Below are positions 1-12,570 of a stretch of 64,000 nucleotides of DNA, in pieces. Position numbers and translations under genes: made by a program. Under the pieces are notes generated by a model. That model was not told the DNA's origin. It did no database searches and saw nothing but the letters and a program-made list of their open reading frames with translations. This DNA is from Eledone cirrhosa (taxonomy: Eukaryota), in assembly GCA_964016885.1 (NCBI GenBank), contig OZ024740.1:193998001-194062000 (forward strand), in the 5' to 3' direction. Positions within the stretch are counted from its first letter, which is position 1, and each line of letters opens with the position of its first letter.

Positions 1-3000
1 CTTCACCACCTCTTCTACGGCCTCGATATAAATACCCCCTCCGCCTCCGTGGTATTTTCTTCGGGGTTATAAGAGGCTTAGCTCTGTTTCTCGACCGTTA
101 TATCGCGTGACTATCTCCCCCTCCGCCTTTTGGGATTCTTTCTCACGTCGTGTAGACGCGTTCTTGTGACTAGTAAAATGAGGTATCCTCTTGATAAGTC
201 GGCAGACCTCGAAAGGACTCTATGTCTTTATGATATATTGTTTCTGTTTATGCCACGAAACTACGTAGTCGAGGAATTTAGGAGCAGTTTAGGTATGATA
301 CATTTTATTACTAATTATATCTAAATGTTTCTTCTCTCTTCATAATGTATTTTTAACTCTGATACTGGTTCAGTCTAGTTCAACTGAATTGGTCTGTCCC
401 AGTCATTCATTGAGCAACATCGGTGAAGTTGGTACCCTTAACTCACAGTTGGGTGCGGATGCATTCATGTATATATGTGTGTGCCCGCATGTATCTGTGT
501 GTTTCTAAATATATTGTTAATAACTCCCTCTGGTCGAGCAATCTTTGAAGTGTGGGGACAGCTGGAAAGCTTCCATTACTCATACTTCTCGCCTTCTTCA
601 CCACCTCTTCTACGGCCTCGATATAAATACCCCCTCCGCCTCCGTGGTATTTTCTTCGGGGTTATAAGAGGCTTAGCTCTGTTTCTCGACCGTTATATCG
701 CGTGACTATCTCCCCCTCCGCCTTTTGGGATTCTTTCTCACGTCGTGTAGACGCGTTCTTGAGACTAGTAAAATGAGGTATCCTCTTGATAAGTCGGCAG
801 ACATCGAAAGGACTCTATGTCTTTATGATATATTGTTTTTGTTTATGCCACGAAACTACGTAGTCGAGGAATTTAGGAGCAGTTTAGGTATGATACATTT
901 TATTACTAATTATATCTAAATGTTTCTTCTCTCTTCATAATGTATTTTTAACTCTGATACTGGTTCAGTCTAGTTCAACTGAATTGGTCTGTCCCAGTCA
1001 TTCATTGAGCAACATCGGTGAAGTTGGCACCCTTAACTCACAGTTGGGTGCGGATGCATTCATGGATATATGTGTGTGTCCGCATGTATCTGTGTGTTTC
1101 TAAATATATTGTTAATAACTCCCTCTGGTCGAGCAATCTTTGAAGTGTGGGGACAGCTGGAAAGCTTCCATTACTCATACTTCTCGCCTTCTTCACCACC
1201 TCTTCTACGGCCTCGATATAAATACCCCCTCCGCCTCCGTGGTATTTTCTTCGGGGTTATAAGAGGCTTAGCTCTGTTTCTCGACCGTTATATCGCGTGA
1301 CTATCTCCCCCTCCGCCTTTTGGGATTCTTTCTCACGTCGTGTAGACGCGTTCTTGTGACTAGTAAAATGAGGTATCCTCTTGATAAGTCGGCAGACCTC
1401 GAAAGGACTCTATGTCTTTATGATATATTGTTTTTGTTTATGCCACGAAACTACGTAGTCGAGGAATTTAGGAGCAGTTTAGGTATGATACATTTTATTA
1501 CTAATTATATCTAAATGTTTCTTCTCTCTTCATAATGTATTTTTAACTCTGATACTGGTTCAGTCTAGTTCAACTGAATTGGTCTGTCCCAGTCATTCAT
1601 TGAACTACATCTTTGAAGTTGGCACCCTTAACTCACAGTTGGGTGCGGATGCATTCATGTATATATGTGTGTGTCCGCATGTATCTGTGTGTTTCTAAAT
1701 ATATTGTTAATAACTCCCTCTGGTCGAGCAATCTTTGAAGTGTGGGGACAGCTGGAAAGCTTCCATTACTCATACTTCTCGCCTTCTTCACCACCTCTTC
1801 TACGGCCTCGATATAAATACCCCCTCCGCCTCCGTGGTATTTTCTTCGGGGTTATAAGAGGCTTAGCTCTGTTTCTCGACCGTTATATCGCGTGACTATC
1901 TCCCCCTCCGCCTTTTGGGATTCTTTCTCATGTCGTGTAGACGCGTTCTTGAGACTAGTAAAATGAGGTATCCTCTTGATAAGTCGGCAGACCTCGCAAG
2001 GACTCTATGTCTTTATGATATATTGTTTTTGTTTATGCCACGAAACTACGTAGTCGAGGAATTTAGGAGCAGTTTAGGTATGATACATTTTATTACTAAT
2101 TATATCTAAATGTTTCTTCTCTCTTCATAATGTATTTTTAACTCTGATACTGGTTCAGTCTAGTTCAACTGAATTGGTCTGTCCCAGTCATTCATTGAGC
2201 AACATCGGTGAAGTTGGCACCCTTAACTCACAGTTGGGTGCGGATGCATTCATGTATATATGTGTGTGTCCGCATGTATCTGTGTGTTTCTAAATATATT
2301 GTTAATAACTCCCTCTGGTCGAGCAATCTTTGAAGTGTGGGGACAGCTGGAAAGCTTCCATTACTCATACTTCTCGCCTTCTTCACCACCTCTTCTACGG
2401 CCTCGATATAAATACCCCCTCCGCCTCCGTGGTATTTTCTTCGGGGTTATAAGAGGCTTAGCTCTGTTTCTCGACCGTTATATCGCGTGACTATCTCCCC
2501 CTCCGCCTTTTGGGATTCTTTCTCACGTCGTGTAGACGCGTTCTTGAGACTAGTAAAATGAGGTATCCTCTTGATAAGTCGGCAGACCTCGCAAGGACTC
2601 TATGTCTTTATGATATATTGTTTTTGTTTATGCCACGAAACTACGTAGTCGAGGAATTTAGGAGCAGTTTAGGTATGATACATTTTATTACTAATTATAT
2701 CTAAATGTTTCTTCTCTCTTCATAATGTATTTTTAACTCTGATACTGGTTCAGTCTAGTTCAACTGAATTGGTCTGTCCCAGTCATTCATTGAGCAACAT
2801 CGGTGAAGTTGGCACCCTTAACTCACAGTTGGGTGCGGATGCATTCATGTATATATGTGTGTGTCCGCATGTATCTGTGTGTTTCTAAATATATTGTTAA
2901 TAACTCCCTCTGGTCGAGCAATCTTTGAAGTGTGGGGACAGCTGGAAAGCTTCCATTACTCATACTTCTCGCCTTCTTCACCACCTCTTCTACGGCCTCG

Positions 3001-3319
3001 ATATAAATACCTCCTCCGCCTCCGTGGTATTTTCTTCGGGGTTATAAGAGGCTTAGCTCTGTTTCTCGACCGTTATATCGCGTGACTATCTCCCCCTCCG
3101 CCTTTTGGGATTCTTTCTCACGTCGTGTAGACGCGTTCTTGAGACTAGTAAAATGATGTATTATCTTGATAAGTCGGCAGACCTCGCAAGGACTCTATGT
3201 CTTTATGATATATTGTTTTTGTTTATGCCACGAAACTACGTAGTCGAGGAATTTAGGAGCAGTTTAGGTATGATACATTTTATTACTAATTATATCTAAA
3301 TGTTTCTTCTCTCTTCATA

Positions 3320-3324
<5 letters not shown>
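1..3324 (+). repeat. Tandem array of a 595-bp HHR-containing unit (about 5.6 copies, cut by the window edge); retrozyme-like
   Basis: CTTCACCACCTCTTCTACGG recurs at 1, 596, 1191, 1786, 2381, 2976 (period 595). Copies differ by a few substitutions. The array ends at CTTCATAATGTA, joined to (TA)n. Confidence 0.97.
186..275 (+). ncRNA. Type I hammerhead ribozyme motif (copy 1; also 781-870, 1376-1465, 1971-2060, 2566-2655, and 3161-3250 with broken stem I)
   Basis: TCCTC-TTGATAA-GTCGGCA...TGCCAC-GAAA-CTACGTAG-TC-GAGGA: stem I TCCTC/GAGGA, core UUGAUAA (U3-A8 variant of CUGANGA), stem II GT(C)GGCA/TGCCAC, GAAA, palindromic stem III, predicted GUC cleavage after 270. Confidence 0.8.
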
Positions 3325-3409
<85 letters not shown>

Positions 3410-3420
3410 ATATACATATT
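3325..3420. repeat. (TA)n microsatellite at the array end
   Basis: Direct reading. Confidence 0.95.
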
Positions 3421-3499
3421 ATAAGTACAGATTACAGTTTAATCAAAGAATCGCTGCTTTCACCATTAAGGGAATCTTCTTAACGTTAATTGCGAAAGT

Positions 3500-6400
3500 C
3501 CAACCTAAAGTCCAACCCCTCTTCAACGTGGCAGGGCGGTGGCAACGGGTAGAGTCAGAGCTATGCCGTCGGTAACTTCGGTTCCTGGTAGGGCCACCCA
3601 AGGCGGATTGGTCAGGCACCCAGCGGTATTAGGGCCGCAACCCGGCAAAAGGGCTCTGGTGAAAATCCAAGAGGTGTCTGTTCTGGCAACCGGCGGTCTC
3701 GGGTCGTTTCTGACCCTGCGTCTGTGGAGAATCTGCGGCAAACAGGACGTTTTTTTGCTCTCGTTTGGGATATACATGCGGGTTTTTGGGGGACCACTTG
3801 TGAATTCACTACTCCTATGAAACTTCTTCCATGAATACTACAAATACGAACTATGAATACGAATTGCCTTCCCGCTGCGAACGCAATGCAAAACAACACC
3901 GCTCCTACCGCTATGGCTCTACAGACTATTCCCGCAGTAGTCCCGCTCTTCAGACGAAGGAAGGAATTGAGGGTGGCGTGCTGGAACGTCCGAACACTTC
4001 GTGACGACGGTGTCCAGGCACTTACAATGAATGCTCTGCACAGGTACTGCGTTAATGTCGCTTGCCTTTCAGAAGTTCTACTTCCCGATGTTGGCCATCT
4101 TCCGATCAAAGTTCCTGGCGAAGACATCTCCTACCACTTGTACCATAGTGGCGTGACAACAGTGGCCTTCACGGGGTCGCTGTAGCGCTCAGCCCTGACG
4201 CGCAAGCGGCTCTGCTGGCGTGGCAGCCGATCTCCCACCGACTCGCGCTGGTTCGATTGAAGGGTCAAATATCCAACGTCAGCGTAATTGCCGTCTACGT
4301 TCCCACACTCAATGCAGACGAGGCGGATAAGTCGCATTTCTATGCCGATCTCCAAACAACCGTGGATGGCGTCTCCTCCAGTGATCTTCTCATTGTCGCT
4401 GGGGAGTGGAATGCGCGAACGGGACCGGCTGATGATACAACACGCATATTCTAGGACGCTTCGCCCTAGGCGTACGCTGTGACAATAGTTAACGGCTCGT
4501 GTCCTTCGCGGATGCCAATCGTCTTATCGTCACCAACACCTGGTTCCAACATCCTCGGCGTCACCTCGTCACGTGGCGATCCAATGACGGAAGAACGGCC
4601 AATCAGATTGACTACATCCTGGTCAGCGCAGTGATGTACTCGCGTGTGCATCGAGGGGCTGATATGTGCAGTGAGCTTGTGTCAGACCATTTTCTTGTTC
4701 GAGCAACTCTTCGTCTGCGCTGCAGGCGAAAACTCCTCCAGAAAAGGACTGACATCTCGCGACTCAAGATCGATGCTGGAAATGCTTTCCGGCTAGAGCT
4801 GCGAAACCGATTCCACATGCTGAGTAACGAAGTGGAAGAGGAACCGGAGCAGGAGTGGAACGCGCTCAGGGTGGCGACGGTTGAGGTGGACAGAGAGCAT
4901 CTCGGGTCGACTCAAAGACGCCATCGGGACTGGATCTCCGGCGACACTCTTGAACTCGCGGAGAGGGCGAGAGTAGCCCGACTCGAGGGTGCACCCAATC
5001 TTCGAGATCTCCGACGTCGCACATCTCGGGCTATTCCGGCCGATCGGAATGCACACTGGCGCGAATTTTCTGAGCAGACGGAGAGGGCATTAACCTGTGG
5101 TGACTCGCGCAAGCTCTACCAACTGGTGAAACGGGCCAGCCGAAGCAGTACGGGTATCAGCGAGACGATCCGTGATCGGAATGGGGCGGTCATTACCAAT
5201 CTTAATGACCGGCTAGTCCGATGGCGGGACCTTTCTCCGAGCTGCTCAACCACCCGCCACCACCCACGCCAGCCTACGTGCAACCTTTCAGAGAAGAATA
5301 CGGGTGCAGCACTGCCCCTCCAGCTGTCGAGGAGGTACGTAGTGTCCTGACACATCTCCGGAACAACAAGGCGCCGGGCAAAGATGTCGTTCCGGCTGAG
5401 GTACACAATGCTGAGCGTGATGTCTTCGCAGCTTGCCTCCATCGAGTCTTCTCCTCGGTGTGGGCGACGGAGCAGTTCCCTGGTGACTTGAGCGAGGCAA
5501 CTCTCCTACCCTTCTTCAAACAAGGCGATAGGAAACTGTGTTCCAACTACAGGGGTGTCAGTTTAATTGATGTTGCTGCCAAAACCTTCTCAATTCTTCT
5601 GCTGAAAAGGTTCCAGGGTACCCGTCCTTCTCAGGGCGGCTTCCGTCCGGAGAGGGGGTGCGTCGATCAAATCTTCAATCTCCGACGTGTCCTGGAACAA
5701 CGGTGGGTATATCAACAGCCTACCATCCTCTGCTTCATCGACTTTGCAGCTGCCTTCGACTCGGTAGATCTGGAAGCCCTCTGGCGTATAATGCAGGCGG
5801 ACGGCATCTCAGTGAAGCTACTTCGTCTCATACAAGGCTACCACCGGCCGACTCGGGCTCGAGTGAGGGTCTATGGTGCGGAGACTGAGTCGTTCGATGT
5901 TGGGACCGGTGTTCGGCAGGGGTGGCGCTATCGCCAACTCTCTTTAACTACGCCATTGACTACACTCTCAACACAGCGCTCCGGGATTACCCGGGCGGAG
6001 AGGTCGGAAGAGGGGTCGTGGTGTCGGACCTGGCCTACGCGGATGACATCGTGCTGATGGGCGCTAACGGGACAGATGCACAAGGTACTCTCTAAAGGGT
6101 GCACACTGCAGCCGCCGCTGTTGGTCTACGTATCAATGACGCCAAGTCGAAAGTCATGACGTTACTGGTCTCGCCTGATGCCTGGCAGCCAATATCTCTC
6201 AAGGGCGTGGACCTGGAGGATGTGGAGTCCTTCGTTTACCTGGGCTCAACAGTGGTTCAAACGGGACAGGGCGCAGCCGAGGTTAAGCGTCGCTTAGGTG
6301 CTGCCAAATCCGCTTTTGGGCGCCTCCAGCGGTCTCTGTGGGACAGAAGAGAGATCACCTCGGCGACCAAAGGGCGAATCTACCAGGCCGTCGTTCGGAC

Positions 6401-6911
6401 TATCATCCTCTATGGCTTTGAAACATGGCCTATGAGGGTAGTCGATCAACGAGGGCTGGAGGTCTTCGACAATGACTGTCTCCGCCGCATTCTTCGCTGC
6501 CGATGCGTTGATCGGTATCTACCACCAGTCTTCTTCTTCGCCTGAATCTTCGATACCTTCCTGATGTGCTTCTGCAACAGCGCTTGAGATTGTTTGGGCA
6601 CGCAGCCCGGTGCCCTCTGGGTGAAATGATCCGCGATGTCCTACTCCCACCTCCTCTCCCTAACTGGCGCAAGCGCGTTGGCCGGTGGCTGAAGACCTGG
6701 GCAACGACGATCATGGAGGATCTCTCCGAACTCTCAGGTCCGCAGGTGGTCGGCCTGCGCTGATGGAACCGTGACTGGCTCGCTATCACCAGTGACCTAG
6801 CCCGGGACCGTCATGCGTGGGCTGCCATGGATCGAGATGTCGTCAGGACAAGGGAAGAAGCCGGCTCAACCCGTCCAGGGTGAATGTCGACAAAAGTACA
6901 AGTAGTAGTAA
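3500..6911 (+). mobile_element. RTE-clade LINE, near full length, decayed (APE endonuclease + RT)
   Basis: APE motifs LRVACWNVRTL, VIAVYVPT, LIVAGEWNARTG, NQIDYILV, SDHFLV. RT motifs KAPGKD, NYRGVSLID, QGGFRPERGCVDQIF, FIDFAAAFDSV, GVRQG, DLAYADDIVL (about 6027-6055). C-terminal ILYGFETW and RLRLFGHAAR. Short AAGTA(C/G) tail. Multiple frameshifts and stops; 5' boundary approximate. Confidence 0.93.
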
Positions 6912-7057
6912 GGGCGAAAGTAGCGATTCTTTGTTTATTATCTTATCTGCAGGTATAATAAGTATTTGCTCTGCTGGTTTATATATATATATATATATAT
7001 TTATAATCCTTATCGGGCCCTCTTCGGATATTTATCTTCACACCTATTATTATTATT

Positions 7058-7153
7058 CCTGCCGAGGTTAATTTTGCCTTTCATCCTTACGGGGTCGATA
7101 AAATAAAGTACCAGTAATTGGTGGCCTCATGCAAAAAGTAGAAAGAATTGTTG
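7058..7153 (+). mobile_element. SINE fragment (Nin/Deu-domain-like family)
   Basis: GCCGAGGTTAATTTTGCCTTTCATCCTTACGGGGTCGATAAAATAAAGTACCAGT, shared with several copies in the window. The domain name is from recall. Confidence 0.8.
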
Positions 7154-7175
7154 TTCTTCTTATTATTATTATATT

Positions 7176-7207
<32 letters not shown>

Positions 7208-7376
7208 TATATACTATATATATATGTATACATACATTCGGTATACAAGCATACAAAATTCACTACTGTCACTCGACGTCATATTAATTAATTACTAAAA
7301 ACATGGTTCACGGAGTATATTTATAAAGAGGAAAATGATTTCGTGATTTCTCTAGACACCAAACTTTGATTAAAAG

Positions 7377-7569
7377 GTAACATTTGCGAGGCAATTTTGG
7401 GTGAAAGGGAGCGGGCTAAAAAAAATATATGCTTTTGTTTTGTAACATTTGCGAGGCAATTTTGGGTGAAAGGGAGCGAGCTAAAAAAAATATATGCTTT
7501 TGTTTTGTAACATTTGCGAGGCAATTTTGGGTGAAAGAGAGCGGGCTAAAAAAATATGCGTTTGTTTTC
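7377..7569. repeat. About 65-bp minisatellite, 3 copies
   Basis: GTAACATTTGCGAGGCAATTTTGGGTGAAAG at 7377, 7442, 7507. Confidence 0.9.
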
Positions 7570-8155
7570 GATGTCTGCTCCCTTCTAACTTTCAGAACAT
7601 CCGACAGTGCCGCGTAGTCGCAGGGGTGTGGGTGACTGACCACTCAAATAACACCTAGAATACTACCAGCCCTATATGTTTTCTCTAGCTACCAGTCCCC
7701 CACCACCTCGGCCAACAACACTAACCGGTCAGTGTGAGTTCAGTTCAACCAAATTTGTTTACTGCTAATTTTGGTCTGCAGCAGAATTCCAGTGCATGCG
7801 TACGCACTACTCGTTGATGGCGGGATAATATACAGACCATCAATCCCAAAGTGAGAAAGTTTCAGACGTTAAAAGTAAGAAGTCCAGAAAACTAGACAAT
7901 AGTCAATATACTAAGAATAATATCTAACTGGCTAAAGTGTATATTCTTATTAGGGACTGTGTTCAGAACTGGATATTCACTTGTTGTGAGTCCACCCTGG
8001 AAAAAAGCCGGCCTCTCATCGACAATGACAGGCAAAATTTAAAGTATCCAATGTAGCGAATGTAAAGATTTCGTAATCATGCAGTTGGTAACCCGATCAA
8101 TCCAGTAGAGACAAAGAATACGTTGATAATGAAGATATAAATATATATATATACA

Positions 8156-8344
8156 TAGCCTATCAAAATTATTTTATCACACACGTGTGACATCATCAGT
8201 GGTACTATTGTTTTCTCCTGTTGTATTGTAATGTCTAAGCCATTTTTTCCGAAAATTGCTTAGACATTACAATGCAACGGGAGGAAACATAATAGTACCG
8301 CTGACAATGTCACAGGCGTGTGATGAAAGAACTTTGATAGACTA
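8156..8344. mobile_element. Foldback MITE-like palindrome (about 190 bp) in TA context
   Basis: TAGCCTATCAAA...GTAATGTCTAAGC is the imperfect reverse complement of GCTTAGACATTAC...TTTGATAGACTA. Confidence 0.75.
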
Positions 8345-8594
8345 TATATATAGATATTTTTATATCTGTATTTTAAACTGTTGGTCAATCAATGATAAAC
8401 ATTGATTGCCAAATGAATTAACTATGGAGATATAAAAGATACAGAAGCGAAAACCAATCCAAACCAATCAGTGCATGTGTTTTATTATAAAGTACCAGTA
8501 ATGCACTGGGTATTTGCTGGCCTTGTGCCAAAAGTGGAAACAATTATTATTTCTGGCAATATTATAACAATATGACCGTCCCCAAGTATAACAA

Positions 8595-8894
<300 letters not shown>

Positions 8895-9092
8895 TGAAAG
8901 GAAAAGAAAATGCTGACAAATTGTTCCCAGTGAAAAATAGTTTAATTAGGAATAAGTATAAATTAGTAATAAGTATTGGTTAGTATTCAGTTTTAGTTTT
9001 AAGGTTTTACCGGTTGCGCATTTCTAATGCTTTTCAAAAATAATTTTGAGATAGAGCCCTCGTGATGTTTGCTCTAATCTCATCTATATTAA

Positions 9093-9222
<130 letters not shown>

Positions 9223-9254
9223 ATAAATGGAAACTATATTTATAAAACCATATT

Positions 9255-9320
9255 TATTTCATTATATATATTTCGGGGATATCATATTAACAATATGCTA
9301 TGCCTTCCTCAGACAAAATA
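9255..9320 (-). ncRNA. Minimal HHR in PLE pLTR (mirror copy 11447-11512 on +)
   Basis: TATTTTGT-CTGAGGA-AGG...CCC-GAAA-TATATA-TA-ATGAAATA: 8-bp stem I with G-U pairs, palindromic stem III. Confidence 0.7.
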
Positions 9321-10776
9321 CAATATAAACAGTTTTATAGATAAATAGATTCGACATACCGTTATAACACCGACTTCCATTTGAAGAGGTTTAAGCTGGC
9401 AGTGAAAAAATTTTACACAGAGAGAAAGAAAGAGAGAAAAAAAGAGAGAAAAAAGAAAGAAAGACAGAAAACGAAGAAAAGGAAGAAAAAGATGAAATGC
9501 ATGGAACAAAATAGAGAGATGGAAAGATAGATAAAGCGAAGAACTTCATGTAAAGAAACAGAAAGATATATATATATATAGAGAGAGAGAGGAAATAGAG
9601 ATAGATACATATATATATATAGAAAATTAGGTAGTGGGAGGTCATTTTGAGTAAATGTATCAATGATACATTTATTTATTTATTTATTTAGCTCAAGTAT
9701 TAATGTAAGGGAGATATATAGAGAGAGAAAAAAATATAGAGAGAGAAAAAATAGCGAGAGAAAAAAAAAAATTTAAAAATAGCCAGATATATTCGAGGCG
9801 TAAAAACCCTATGTTTTAATGTATTAGTATTTATATATATATATAACTTACACTATATTGTAAATATCAGTATTCCTGAATGAGACAAGTATCCATAGTG
9901 TGTGAAAATGAATTATCTTATGTTTAGTTTTTAAAAAAAATTCATATGTTTATGTGACAGCTACAAACATCCATGCGAATCCACATGATTCACTCTGCAA
10001 ACTCTAAGTTCACGGAAAACATTCTCAATGTGGTATAAAAATTTGAGCATACATATATGTGTATTATTATTCCTGTCTTTACTCTACAAGATTATCTATC
10101 AAGCAGAAATAGAGAGCAGATTTCAATATACTAATAAAAATATATATCAGAAACAAAACTAAAAAAATAAAAAAATAAAAATAAAAAGATAACAATAATA
10201 ATAATAAGTAAAAAGTAATAATAAAATAGAAAACTAAAAAAATATTACGAAAGAATATTACATAATAAAAATATTACATATTAAAAATATTACGTATTAA
10301 AAAATATTACGTATTAAAAATTTACATATTAAAGATATTAAAAATAAAAATAAAAATAAAAAATATTATAAAATATATTATAAAATACTACAATAATAAA
10401 AAATAAAAATAAAAATAAACCACAAAGATCAACCCTTCAAAGTTAATTGACAATATATTGCCAAGTTCATTACAAGACAAAGCCAAAAATTATCTATCAA
10501 ATCACATCTAGCAAAGATCATTTCAAAAAGTTTATGACGTCCAATTTGGTCTACATATGTTCTTATATTTAATATAGAAGTTTATCTAGTGTAAGGTTTA
10601 TTCAAAATATTTGGAGCATCAGCTTTTAGGGTAGCTTAATTTTTCATGAGGAATGTTTAAATAAAAATAAAATAAAAATAAACAATAAAAAAAGAATAAA
10701 AAGAAGGAATCAAAAATTTAGGAATCAAAAATTTATCGGCTAGTTTCCCATATAAATATAAATCAAACTAAATATA

Positions 10777-11355
10777 CTACATTTTAAATTTAAATTTATA
10801 TTTAAACGTTGAGTTTAATCTATGTTTGCAACAACTGAATAAATTTGTCCGTAGGTTAAGGGAATTTTTAGATTTTAGTATAAAGAATATCTCCTCTGCG
10901 CAGAGGTCACATGTCTCAGAGGATGAATTAAAAGGAATCCCTCTTGAGACTATATTACAAGCCGTCGAATATCTAACGTTATCTAGCTTAAGTTGCCAGA
11001 GTACCCCTGATAGTGCCGTTGAAGATTTTTTACTTGGATCTGTGAAAGAATTCTTGTGGTTATTATAGCGAAGTTTAAATTCCGTCGATGTGGAACCGAC
11101 GTAGTTAAAAGAATTAGAGTCAGTATTAACATTACAATTGTATACTATATTTTTAACTGAGCAGTTGTTATTTAACGGACATTTAGATCTATCTCTACAG
11201 TTACATTTGTTAACTTGTATATTATTTATGCTATTATCACTAGGTTTTAAGTTCCTATTATTTATTCTATTAATATTTTGTGCTAAATTTTTGGTGGATG
11301 AGTAGGTTAATTTAATTGTATGCCTATTGAAAATTGAGTGATACCTATGTGTTCT
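10777..11355 (-). pseudogene. PLE linker + GIY-YIG endonuclease domain, uninterrupted frame without start
   Basis: Manual translation: HRYHSIFNRHTIKLTYSST...KCNCRDRSKCPLNNNC (CxCx5Cx5C)..IVYNC...NYVGSTSTEFKLRYNNHKNSF...LW.LK...CDLCAEE...LNLRTNLFSCCKH...KM*. Confidence 0.88.
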
Positions 11356-11627
11356 ATTTTTTCACTGCCAGCTTAAACCTCTTCAAATGGAAGTCGGTGT
11401 TATAACGGTATGTCGAATCTATTTATCTATAAAACTGTTTATATTGTATTTTGTCTGAGGAAGGCATAGCATATTGTTAATATGATATCCCCGAAATATA
11501 TATAATGAAATAAATATGGTTTTATAAATATACTTTCCATTTATTTAATATTGTAAATATACTCCAAATATTTGTCGAGTGCTTTTATATCAGTTATAAA
11601 TATTTACTAGTTGTAACCCAACAATTT

Positions 11628-11664
<37 letters not shown>

Positions 11665-11668
<4 letters not shown>

Positions 11669-12172
11669 GTCAGTGGTGCCATCCACAACTTATCTCTTGT
11701 GCAGGAATCTAGACTTCCAGACAATATGAGAAGGAGCCTCTTTGCAGCAACTGTTATCTTTGATCTATTGTATGGCTGCTCAGCATGGATCCTTATCTCA
11801 AAAATGTAAGAAATATTAAATAGGGTCTACACTTGCATGCTAAGAAACGCCTTCAATGTTACTTAAAGAGATCGTCTGACCAATAAGCGATTATATGGTA
11901 ACCTTCGTCTTGTATCAAGACATCATCAATGAAAGTACAGTAACATTCACAAGGCATTGCTGGAGAGCTGAAGACGAAATTATTCGTAAAGTTCATTTGT
12001 GGGAGCCTACACAAGGAAGGGCTATCAGAGGACGACAATCCAAGACTTATATCAAACAGAGCTGTGACGATATAAACATCAATCCCTCTGACCTGCCAAA
12101 TATGATGAACAATAGAATTGAATGGCGTCAGAGACACAAAGACAAACGTACAAGCAGTGCAATCTATTGATT
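11665..12172 (+). mobile_element. RTE-like LINE 3' remnant
   Basis: Decayed LYGCSAW, HCWRAEDEIIRKVHLWEPTQGRAIRGR..TYIKQ and MNNRIEWRQR, typical of RTE/RTE-X C-termini. Confidence 0.7.
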
Positions 12173-12394
12173 GATTAATTCATGAATGCTCCGCTAACTG
12201 TAGATGAAAGATAGCAGGACATACATAAACACATAAGATATATGTGCGTGAGTGTTCAGCAAACGATGTAGAGAGATAGCCCACATTTATTTATGTGTAT
12301 TTTTAACAGAGACGTAACTCTATGATGCAATGCATACTATCCGAGGCTCTACCAATACTGCCAAACCACCGCCCTTAAATTCGATATTATAGCT

Positions 12395-12570
12395 TTTGAT
12401 TTAGGCACTAGACCAGCAAATTTGGGGGAGGAGAAAGTCGTTTAAATCGAACCCAGTGCATTACTGGTATTCTACATTATCGTCCCCGCAGGATTTGAAG
12501 TCAGAACGAAAAGGGAAGTAAATATATAATGCAAAACATGGTGCCCGAAGCTCTATCGATACTGCCAATT
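12395..12570 (-). mobile_element. Diverged SINE (Nin/Deu-like family)
   Basis: CCCAGTGCATTACTGGTA...TATCGTCCCCG...GGATTTGAAGTCAGA matches the reverse complement of the family core. Confidence 0.65.

Noticed and set aside
315-350. Antisense HHR in the unit (viroid-like ambisense ribozymes)
   Set aside because: The minus strand has ATGAAGA-GAGAA-GAAAC but no stem II, wrong position 3 and no convincing stem I.
130-3299. Repeated 64-aa and 76-aa ORFs in the 595-bp unit as genes
   Set aside because: No recognisable motifs. The 64-aa ORF starts at TTG and overlaps the HHR; the 76-aa ORF has a TAG stop (TACTTCTAGCC) in all locus 2 copies.
1-3324. CRISPR array or rRNA/tRNA cluster
   Set aside because: Whole units are repeated with no unique spacers; no tRNA cloverleaf, 5S or B-box is recognisable; the context is eukaryotic.
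7377-7569. 65-bp repeats as CRISPR
   Set aside because: The intervening sequence is also repeated; it is a plain minisatellite.
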